A stretch of 64,000 nucleotides of DNA from Nitrosopumilus sp. (lineage in GTDB: Archaea > Thermoproteota > Nitrososphaeria > Nitrososphaerales > Nitrosopumilaceae). The translations under genes and the position numbers were made by a program. Position 1 is the stretch's first letter, and every line of letters begins with the position of its first letter. A model generated the notes under the pieces. It saw only the letters and a list, made by a program, of their open reading frames with translations. It was not told the origin of the DNA and searched no databases. The stretch covers positions 128,001-192,000 of the forward strand of contig OZ242220.1 of NCBI GenBank assembly GCA_965206745.1, read 5' to 3'. This document shows, one piece after another, positions 1-7,380 of this stretch.

Positions 1-1
1 T

Positions 2-904
2 CCAGTTAACGGAGAGTTCAGTAACAGACTGGCACAGCTAATCGAGGGTCAGGGAGCAAATATTGTAAAACTTCAAACTCCTCCGGGACAAAATGCGACC
101 TTTGATCAGATTAAAGAGGCATTTGACAACAACAAGGATGTCAAGGCATTCTATGTAGTTCACAATGAGACCTCGACTGGGACCATGGTAAACTATCTTG
201 ACAAAGTATCTGACTTGACATCAAGAAACGATGCATTCTATGTTGTCGACTCCGTTTCACTGCTCGGCGGTGCCCGACTGCCAGTAGACAAATGGAACAT
301 CGACGTATGCATGACTGGCGCACAAAAGGCAATTGCCGCACCTCCGGGAATCTCCCCGATATCCGTCAGTGCCAAGGCCAAAAAATACATGATTGAGAAT
401 CCGCCAAATACAATGTACTTTAATCTTGCACGGTATTTCAAATATTACGATGAGGAAAAACACACTCCCTTCACACCCGCACTCCCGTTGCTTTACGCAT
501 ACAGAGAGGCGCTATCCATGATGCTAGAAGAGGGGCTGGAGAATGTCTTTAATCGCCACAAGATATGTTCTGCTGCACTGTACGGCGGACTAAGTGCAAT
601 GGGCCTGTCTCCATTTGCAAAAGAGGAGGATCGTTCAATCTCAATTGTTGCATTAAACTATCTGGACGGCTTGGAGGACAAGACCTTCAGAAGCACGCTA
701 GCTGACAAATTCAAAGTGCTGGTTGCAGGTGGGTTTGGTGATCTAAAGGGCAAGGTGTTCAGGGTCGGATGCATGGGGGAGGTCAGTCCATACCATGTAA
801 TGAGAACCATCTCTGCAATTTCATCCACGTTGGCAATGATGGGGTATGACGTTGATGCCCAGGCAGGACTAAAAACTGCACAGGAAAAATTAAAAGATCT
901 CTAG
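2..904 (+). CDS. Class V PLP-dependent aminotransferase (serine-pyruvate/alanine-glyoxylate type), 5' partial
   Basis: Frame is open from base 2. Motifs VHNETSTG, VDSVS, GAQKAI (PLP lysine), PFTP and FRVGCMG. Confidence 0.9.
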   Translation, partial: PVNGEFSNRLAQLIEGQGANIVKLQTPPGQNATFDQIKEAFDNNKDVKAFYVVHNETSTGTMVNYLDKVSDLTSRNDAFYVVDSVSLLGGARLPVDKWNIDVCMTGAQKAIAAPPGISPISVSAKAKKYMIENPPNTMYFNLARYFKYYDEEKHTPFTPALPLLYAYREALSMMLEEGLENVFNRHKICSAALYGGLSAMGLSPFAKEEDRSISIVALNYLDGLEDKTFRSTLADKFKVLVAGGFGDLKGKVFRVGCMGEVSPYHVMRTISAISSTLAMMGYDVDAQAGLKTAQEKLKDL

Positions 905-1044
905 CCTGACATTACAAGTATTTCTTTGGTGTTGACACGGACCTGCTGTACTCTGATTGAATCTGTTATTGGACATGTGATGATTAGAAGATATGGAATT
1001 TTTCATATCTGTGTGCCTAGCATATCATAAATAAAAAATAATAA

Positions 1045-1076
1045 TTTTAAATATCGAGACTGTGATAGGTATCACA
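1045..1076 (+). promoter_or_regulatory. TATA box (TTTTAAATA) and palindrome TGTGATA-gg-TATCACA overlapping the start of mini-ORF 1
   Basis: TATA centred ~27 nt before the ATG (leaderless spacing) with an A-rich BRE-like stretch upstream. The same block is conserved before 1607 and 2494. Confidence 0.65.
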
Positions 1077-1219
1077 TGGCATTAAGAGAAGTATCACCTC
1101 TCGGAACCGACGAATGGAATCAATTGGTAGCGGAGCTTGAAAAAGAACCCACTGATGAGCAAATAAAGTTCCTCCAAAATTCCGTAGAAAATGGACGGAA
1201 ACTAAAAGTTCATCGTTAG
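1076..1219 (+). CDS. 47-aa putative mini-antitoxin, copy 1 (MALREVSPLGTDEWNQLVAELEKEPTDEQIKFLQNSVENGRKLKVHR)
   Basis: Hand-translated; below the ORF-track cutoff. Same length and motif (LR.V.PL...W.QL......PTDE.I) as copies 2 and 3. Lies upstream of a GNAT remnant. Confidence 0.7.
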   Translation: MALREVSPLGTDEWNQLVAELEKEPTDEQIKFLQNSVENGRKLKVHR

Positions 1220-1238
1220 TTTTTGATTTTTTATGTTA

Positions 1239-1429
1239 ATGCCTGATTCAATAGGTTGTAAAAAAGATGCTAGTATTTTAAATTAAAAACAAATCTTTTT
1301 GATATTAATAATTTCAAGTGTAGCAATCCTGAATATGAAGATTACATTAAAGAAGATGCGTATGAAGATCAAGAAAAATCTAGTGCACAAGCTTGGGTAT
1401 TTGTTCATGAAAATGTAATTGTTGCATGA
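1239..1429 (+). pseudogene. Truncated, frameshifted GNAT (TacT/AtaT-like) toxin remnant
   Basis: One frame reads FDINNFKCSNPEYEDYIKEDAYEDQEKSSAQAWVFVHENVIVA*, matching the N-terminus of GNAT toxins. It stops at the 72-bp element at 1425. Confidence 0.6.
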
Positions 1430-1496
1430 CTCTATCCATTCAGATAATAATTTGTCTTCCATACAGTATAGTCCGAATCACACTCTCTGAATCATG
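1425..1496. repeat. 72-bp element with 8-bp terminal inverted repeats; inverted homologue at 2950-3020
   Basis: CATGACTC...GAATCATG. Its reverse complement aligns to 2950-3020 at ~53/72 by hand count. Confidence 0.65.
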
Positions 1497-1606
1497 TCAG
1501 TATCATTATACAACAAGCATGAATAGGTGATTTCTTCAACCAATATGCCTAGCACGTTATAAATAAAAAATAATAACTTAAATATCGAGTCTGTGATAGT
1601 TATTTT

Positions 1607-1750
1607 ATGCCATTAAGAGATGTTAAACCACTGGATGAAAAGCAATGGGCCCAACTTCAAGCTATGTTCAAAGCAGGCCCAACTGATGAATCTATTGCAA
1701 CTGTAAAGAGAGCACTCAAACGTGCTTCAGAAATCAAAAGAACTTACTAA
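1607..1750 (+). CDS. 47-aa putative mini-antitoxin, copy 2 (MPLRDVKPLDEKQWAQLQAMFKAGPTDESIATVKRALKRASEIKRTY)
   Basis: Hand-translated; follows the conserved promoter block and directly precedes the intact GNAT. Confidence 0.75.
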   Translation: MPLRDVKPLDEKQWAQLQAMFKAGPTDESIATVKRALKRASEIKRTY

Positions 1751-1759
1751 TTTTTTTTT
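1751..1759 (+). terminator. Oligo-T tract between mini-antitoxin and GNAT
   Basis: T9 directly after the TAA. T-tracts also follow copy 1 (from 1220) and copy 3 (from 2638). Confidence 0.45.
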
Positions 1760-1763
1760 GACT

Positions 1764-2318
1764 TTGAAGATAAATTTTAAAACTGTCAATGCTGAATTTA
1801 AACGATTAAACTCAACTGATTCCATAGACAAAACTTTTGAATCTTCAGATTCCGAATTTACAGAGTATTATCGAGTACAATCACAGTACGATCTTCAAGA
1901 AGGACTTGCCAGAACTTATTTGCTAAAAATAGATGGCAAAGTAGTTGGTTATGTTTCAATTGCTATGGCTCATTTGAGAAAAGAATCTACCGAACAAACA
2001 CGGGGAAAGGAAACTGCTGGAAATATCCCTGCATTATTAATTAGTCATCTTTCTACACATAAAGAACATACAAGAAAAGGAATTGGTACGAGATTAATTG
2101 ATGGAGCACTTAGAATTGCAATTGAACACTCTCAATATATTGGATGTAGATATCTAATGTTAAATCCAAAAGATGATGAAATAGTAAGAAAATTCTATAA
2201 AAATTATGGATTCACATACGTATCACATCTTGAAGATGATAAAGGAAGAGATGCTTTTATCTTAGATATTCAGCAAGGAAAAATACAATCAATTTCCTCT
2301 AAAATAACAATTCCTTAG
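1764..2318 (+). CDS. GNAT acetyltransferase, TacT/AtaT-like toxin
   Basis: LARTYL..DGKVVGYVSI, IPALLISHL, acetyl-CoA loop RKGIGTRLI, and FYKNYGF. A TTG start at 1758 or 1764 is preferred over 1722, which overlaps the mini-ORF. Confidence 0.85.
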   Translation: MKINFKTVNAEFKRLNSTDSIDKTFESSDSEFTEYYRVQSQYDLQEGLARTYLLKIDGKVVGYVSIAMAHLRKESTEQTRGKETAGNIPALLISHLSTHKEHTRKGIGTRLIDGALRIAIEHSQYIGCRYLMLNPKDDEIVRKFYKNYGFTYVSHLEDDKGRDAFILDIQQGKIQSISSKITIP

Positions 2319-2372
2319 GACACATGACTGGTTTAATGCCAAAGATATTTTGGTAAAATCATAGTAATAGTT
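2308..2372 (+). mobile_element. IS630-family transposase fragment (part 1)
   Basis: Reads QFLRTHDWFNA..(R)YFGKIIVIV, the segment preceding the second catalytic Asp; colinear with part 2. Confidence 0.4.
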
Positions 2373-2414
2373 ACACTGGAAAATTATGAAAACATCCTAG
2401 AACTTTCCAGTGTA
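2372..2414. repeat. Perfect 11-bp inverted repeat with 21-nt spacer
   Basis: TACACTGGAAA (2372-2382) and TTTCCAGTGTA (2404-2414). Confidence 0.8.
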
Positions 2415-2493
2415 GAATTTTTCATATCTACGTGCCTAGCACATCATAAACAAAAATGGTAATTTTAAATATCAAGTCTGTGATAGTTATTCC

Positions 2494-2637
2494 ATGCCAT
2501 TAAGAGATGTTAAACCACTGGATGAAAAGCAATGGGCCCAACTTCAAGCTATGTTGAAAGAAGGTCCAACTGATGAATCTATTGCAACTGTAAAGAGAGC
2601 ACTCAAACGTACTGAAAACATCAAAAGAGATTTCTAA
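2494..2637 (+). CDS. 47-aa putative mini-antitoxin, copy 3 (MPLRDVKPLDEKQWAQLQAMLKEGPTDESIATVKRALKRTENIKRDF)
   Basis: Near-identical to copy 2 and has its own promoter block. Confidence 0.75.
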   Translation: MPLRDVKPLDEKQWAQLQAMLKEGPTDESIATVKRALKRTENIKRDF

Positions 2638-2649
2638 TTTTTTTTGGTT

Positions 2650-2706
2650 TTGAAGATAAATTTTGAAGCTCTCAATGTTGAATTTAAACAATTAGGATCC
2701 AACTGA
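2650..2706 (+). pseudogene. 5' stub of a GNAT toxin gene
   Basis: TTGAAGATAAATTTTGAAGCTCTCAATGTTGAATTTAAACAATTA matches 1764-1808, then breaks off. Confidence 0.7.
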
Positions 2707-2712
2707 TCCTTG

Positions 2713-2817
2713 CATCTCTTGGGCAAACTTGATAGTTTTCCTTCAAAATCTTTCATGATTCATTTTTTTGTAAGAATGCCTGTTTTTTCTTATTTTCTAT
2801 AACATCTTTTGGCAAAA
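2713..2817 (+). repeat. 105-bp direct repeat, left copy
   Basis: Matches 6446-6550 with 2 mismatches. Confidence 0.95.
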
Positions 2818-2952
2818 TCATAGTAATAGTTGATAGGGTCCCAACATCAGGCAAACAATATCAAAAAACTACTCAAAAGATACAAGAACATCAAAATGAT
2901 CTATCTGCCAAAAGGATCTCCGTATTTGAATGCGGGGTAGAAATGCCGGCAT
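2808..2952 (+). mobile_element. IS630-family transposase remnant (DDE region, frameshifted)
   Basis: Reads FGKIIVIVDRVP / HQANNIKKLLKRYKNIKMIYLPKGSPYLNA / VE..C.H, which resembles the IS630 D...H...LP..SP.LN.IE..W signature. Confidence 0.75.
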
Positions 2953-3020
2953 GATTCAAGAATATGATTTGGACTAGACTGTGCTAGATGCAAATAATCA
3001 TCTGAGTAAAGGGAGTCATG
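2950..3020. repeat. 71-bp element, inverted homologue of 1425-1496
   Basis: CATGATTC...GAGTCATG ends; internal blocks GGACTA, ACTGT, CAAAT and ATCTGA are shared. Confidence 0.65.
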
Positions 3021-3070
3021 TAATAAAACAACATGTAGCTGTTTGATAACTATGAAATAAATAATTTGGA

Positions 3071-4345
3071 TTAGATGGGAATCATCTCTAAAAGTTTATT
3101 TCTAATTTCTTCTTTGTTTTTATTTGGATAAATTGATGATAGAATATAATCAATGTCAATAAATCGTATTTTGATCTCGATGTCTTGTTTAGTAGCCTTT
3201 AATGTTTGAGATATTGAACCTGGAGTTTTAGGCAATATTGCAAATCCTTCTTTTCTGTCATGGTCTCTAAGGTAAAATGCAATTTGAAATCTATCTTCTT
3301 CTAATAGTTTATCCTTGTATTTTGTATCGATTATGGTCTTGATTTTATGTTTGTCTTCATAAATTATAATATCTGGAATGATCTCGTATTCCTTATCGGT
3401 ACCTTCAATTTTCCATGATATAGATCGTTGTTGTTCTTTACTTTGTAATGGATAAAATTCACAAAATAATTTAAAGACAAATTTTTCAAACACTTTATTC
3501 ATGTCCACAAAAAATGAGTTTACAAATCTAGATTTTTGCTCATAAAAATCTGCTATTCTTATACTGCTTACAATTAATTTGCATAATTCATGTATTTTTT
3601 TGTAATGCTGATTCATTTGATTATAATTTATCATTTTAAAATGATTTAAATTAATTTCTTTTTTACTTACTAATCCTTCCAGCAACCCAATCATCCTTCT
3701 AATTTCTTTTTTTCTTTCAACATTAATTGTAATGTAATAACATCTCTCTAAACAATACAAGAGAATTTGATTTTCAATATTGTCATACTCAAATTCATCA
3801 TGCTCACATGCAAATTCTAATTTTGTCTTAGCATCATTTACAATTTGTTGCTGAAAAATTAATCTACCACGCAAATATGGTAAATTATCTTGATGAACAG
3901 TATAGGATTTTACTATTCCTCTCTTTAGTAAAACTGACACATGTTTGACAAAAGTTGAGATAATAATCTCTGACAATAAATTTTCTTCATCTTTAAATTT
4001 TATTTCGCTTTCAGGAAATATTTCCAAATCTAAATCATATACATAATCAATCAATTCCACAATTCTTTCAATACTTGAAAATTTTGGAGTTATTGTTACT
4101 GTAAAATTCGAAAATTGAGCAACTCCAATATGACTTTTAGCCTTCATTATTAATCCATGTTTGATAGGATCTTTAGAAATTGAAAGAATACCTTTTTCTT
4201 CAAGTCTTTGGCGCAGTTTCTGATCTTCTTCTTTGAGATTTAGATTTTGTAGAATTTCTTCTAATTTTTGCTCATCTTTATTTGGTGTATGTTTTTTTCT
4301 AGGTGATGGCAGTACTTGATATTCTTTGAGTGGTATCAGATTCAT
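3071..4345 (-). CDS. mcrC: McrC-family restriction endonuclease subunit
   Basis: LRGRL, DNIENQIL, DMNKVFEKFV and PD...IIDTKYK PD-(D/E)xK motif. The ATG at 4345 overlaps the mcrB stop (ATGA). Confidence 0.9.
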   Translation of the reverse strand: MNLIPLKEYQVLPSPRKKHTPNKDEQKLEEILQNLNLKEEDQKLRQRLEEKGILSISKDPIKHGLIMKAKSHIGVAQFSNFTVTITPKFSSIERIVELIDYVYDLDLEIFPESEIKFKDEENLLSEIIISTFVKHVSVLLKRGIVKSYTVHQDNLPYLRGRLIFQQQIVNDAKTKLEFACEHDEFEYDNIENQILLYCLERCYYITINVERKKEIRRMIGLLEGLVSKKEINLNHFKMINYNQMNQHYKKIHELCKLIVSSIRIADFYEQKSRFVNSFFVDMNKVFEKFVFKLFCEFYPLQSKEQQRSISWKIEGTDKEYEIIPDIIIYEDKHKIKTIIDTKYKDKLLEEDRFQIAFYLRDHDRKEGFAILPKTPGSISQTLKATKQDIEIKIRFIDIDYILSSIYPNKNKEEIRNKLLEMIPI

Positions 4346-6303
4346 GCCGGCAATATGTCTTTTATAGATTTTAGGAATATCTGGGAATCTTTTTTCCATT
4401 GATCTTTAATTACCATATTTTTTGAATCAACAAAATCAGAGCCTAGTATCTCTTCGAGTTTCTTGTAATCATCAAAGAAATAATCCTGTAATAAAGGAAT
4501 AATTTCATTTGCAAATGCAAATTGAAGATCTTTCAAACTTTTTATTTCCATGAAATAAGAATGTCCTACTTGTTTTTCTCGTAATCCTGATTTAACAATA
4601 GATTTGTTAATTTCTTCAAGCAATCTTCCTAAAGATATTCCTTCTATGGATTTATCCAATAGTTCAGGTTTGGGCATCAATTCACAAAATGCAAAACGTC
4701 TTCTTAACGCCGCATCAATCTGAATTAGGCTCCTATCTGCCGTATTCATTGTTCCAATAATGTAGATGTTTTTAGGAACCGTAAACGATTCTTTAGAATA
4801 TGTTAAATGTAAACTATGAGCATCTCTTTTGTCTTTTTCAATTAGAGTAATTATTTCTCCAAAGATTTTAGAAATATTTCCACGGTTAATTTCGTCTATT
4901 ACTAACACATATTTATTTTTTAGATCTGCTGCAGCTTCTTCACAAATAGTTCGAAATATTCCAGATTCTATTCTATAAGTTATCTTTCCAGCTTGAGAAT
5001 ATGGCTTTATGCCTTCTATAAATTCCTCATAGGAATATGATTGATGAAATGTAACATTTCGAATGAATTCCTTTTGCTCTGATTCTATTTCTTCTGGTTC
5101 TGTATCCGGATTTAATGTATATGTTCCCTTGTCCGTTCTTCTAAATATTGATGAATCTCCATTTTTTTGAATATCAGTAGACATTCTTGTAGCTAAAGAT
5201 ATTCCTGGTGTTTTTCCTTGCGTTTGAATTAATCCAAGCTTGAGTCCTTGCTCTAAGATTTCATCAAAATGCATTGGTTGATTTTTTTCACTTAGAATTT
5301 TAATTGCAGCATTTCTGAATGTTAAAGTGGATTCTAATGAATTATCTTCAATGATTTTTTTGGCCAAGTTTGTTGCAGTATAGGTCTTGCCTGTACCTGG
5401 TGGACCATAGAAAATAAGTTGTTTTTTCTTTAGTAAGATATCTGCATACTCTGAACTCATATGTGGCACCTTTACTTGATCATCTTTTGTATGTTTACCT
5501 AACAATACATCCATCATTCCATCTCTTTTTTTGATAACTTTACTACATGTTGCCATGAGTCCTACTAAACTCCCACTTGGTAATTCATCTGATCTAATGG
5601 GACCTTGATTCAACCATACCACATCTCGTCTATGGTGATAAAAAGAAAGAGTAGCATTTCGATAATAATCATTTACAACAATGCCAAAATCAATAATCTC
5701 TTGTTGCCCTTTGGTTAACACAACCAAATCTTTTCGTTTGATTTTGGTAAAATCGAGAAAACTGCCTTCGTCATCTTTAGGATAATTTCTCTTAAACTCT
5801 TCACGAATTTGTTCGTCTGTAAGATTTGTTATGTCCTCAACCTTGTTCCATCCTACTCCTATGGAATTAGTCCTACGAAATTCTTCTAAATATGGATATT
5901 TTTCTTTAGAGCTTCCTGGAAGGATATGCCACAAATCAAATTGTCCAGAAGTTAAATTATTTACATGCCATTCAACAATTTTTTGTCCACAAACTTTCAA
6001 ACACTCTGAAACATCGTGGGGAATCTCTTCGGGAATTAATGCTGCAGTTTCTTCACCAAACACTACAAATTTTGCTAGTATTGAAGATGCTGTTTTGAGT
6101 GCATCATCCATTCTAAAATCATGTCTATCAAAATTTAATAGTTTTAGATTATCTTTGATTTCTTTCAGAGGTGCAGAAAATCCATTTTCATCTCCTTTTT
6201 CAAGTAAAATTTTGATAATAATTGGTTGATAATTTACTTGCATAGACATTGTTTCTTTTAGAAATCGCAAGAGAGCAGATTCTATGTTATTAGATATTGG
6301 CAT
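4342..6303 (-). CDS. mcrB: McrB-family AAA+ GTPase with N-terminal recognition domains and an inserted HARE-HTH
   Basis: GPPGTGKT, VTFHQSYSYEEFIEG, IDEINRGN, GTMNTADRS and ALRRRF. The start at ATG 6303 is chosen by inference. Confidence 0.9.
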   Translation of the reverse strand: MPISNNIESALLRFLKETMSMQVNYQPIIIKILLEKGDENGFSAPLKEIKDNLKLLNFDRHDFRMDDALKTASSILAKFVVFGEETAALIPEEIPHDVSECLKVCGQKIVEWHVNNLTSGQFDLWHILPGSSKEKYPYLEEFRRTNSIGVGWNKVEDITNLTDEQIREEFKRNYPKDDEGSFLDFTKIKRKDLVVLTKGQQEIIDFGIVVNDYYRNATLSFYHHRRDVVWLNQGPIRSDELPSGSLVGLMATCSKVIKKRDGMMDVLLGKHTKDDQVKVPHMSSEYADILLKKKQLIFYGPPGTGKTYTATNLAKKIIEDNSLESTLTFRNAAIKILSEKNQPMHFDEILEQGLKLGLIQTQGKTPGISLATRMSTDIQKNGDSSIFRRTDKGTYTLNPDTEPEEIESEQKEFIRNVTFHQSYSYEEFIEGIKPYSQAGKITYRIESGIFRTICEEAAADLKNKYVLVIDEINRGNISKIFGEIITLIEKDKRDAHSLHLTYSKESFTVPKNIYIIGTMNTADRSLIQIDAALRRRFAFCELMPKPELLDKSIEGISLGRLLEEINKSIVKSGLREKQVGHSYFMEIKSLKDLQFAFANEIIPLLQDYFFDDYKKLEEILGSDFVDSKNMVIKDQWKKDSQIFLKSIKDILPA

Positions 6304-6445
6304 GCCATTCTTTGCAACAACTGTTTTTTTAATTTTATGCTTTGTTGCATGACATGTCCAAACCGCAAGCAAATCAATGAATTACTATACCTAAAATCAG
6401 AGTTATACTACAAAATGTCAATCACAGCTTGGATACTTCCCTGTA

Positions 6446-6550
6446 CATCTCTTGGGCAAACTTGATAGTTTTCCTTCAAAATCTTTCATGATTCATTTTT
6501 TTGTAAGAATGTCTGTTTTTTCTTATTTTCTATAACATCTTTTGGTAAAA
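6446..6550 (+). repeat. 105-bp direct repeat, right copy
   Basis: Matches 2713-2817. Confidence 0.95.
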
Positions 6551-6911
6551 CAACCACCTTTCAATTTCATGGGTTCTAGTTTGAAGACCTCATCAAGGTT
6601 TAACTTGATATTCTAAAGTGATTCTTTCATGTCAACATAGTCTGAAATCATATGTTATCTGTGTGAATTCCTTATTTATGCTAGATTATTCTCAAGTCTT
6701 GTCCATCAAAAAATATTACACTAGTGGTATTCTGATTTCAAAAATAAATACAAGTATGTTCAAAGAAAGATATGATTTTAGAGTCAAATTTTTGTCTATT
6801 TCAAATGATCCAAACTAGAAATTTTTTACACCTTTCAGCACAAATCACAATTGAGGAAATTACGGTTTATAAGATAATAAAAATGATACAACAACCAGAG
6901 GTCGGAAATTT

Positions 6912-7241
6912 ATGAATAAACAAGTCAACTATACAATGTACAAGAATGAAATTAAATTCGTTGAAAAATACCGAGAAGCGGCATGCGCTTTGGGCCAATT
7001 AACCAAAAAAGATCATGTCGTGTTTAAAGAATTACATAAAATGGTAGACACTTGTCTTGATGAAAAAGTATCACAGAAAAGCTTTAAACGATGTGTCAAA
7101 GGAATGATTATGCAAGGACTAGTTTTAGAGACATTTTCAATTGACCTAAAATTTAGGATTGAATTATCCCTAATTGGCAAAGACGTACATCAAATGATTC
7201 GTAAAAATAACGATCATTTAGTAGCAATAGATCATTATTAG
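6912..7241 (+). CDS. Hypothetical protein, possible winged-helix fold
   Basis: 109-aa ORF with an upstream TTTATAAG; F.EL..VSQKSF.R....GLV pattern. Confidence 0.5.
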   Translation: MNKQVNYTMYKNEIKFVEKYREAACALGQLTKKDHVVFKELHKMVDTCLDEKVSQKSFKRCVKGMIMQGLVLETFSIDLKFRIELSLIGKDVHQMIRKNNDHLVAIDHY

Positions 7242-7380
7242 AATAATCCAAGATTTCTAGCTCTAATTTTTATCATTATTTTAATAAAATGAAAATAATG
7301 AATCTGTGGGTTTGACAGGTGTTAAATTACAGATATCCCCTAGGTTTAACTTAATATAAGGAAATTCGAGATCGATCACA

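Noticed and set aside
2500-2691. 63-aa minus-strand ORF
   Set aside because: Antisense shadow of mini-antitoxin copy 3.
6446-6600. Minus-strand gene remnant across the 105-bp repeat
   Set aside because: Protein-like fragments are broken by stops and match no family I recognise.
6618-6818. 66-aa ORF
   Set aside because: GTG start, no motif, AT-rich; probably spurious.
905-7330. Integron cassette array
   Set aside because: No integrase and no RYYYAAC...GTTRRRY attC pattern were found in the repeats.
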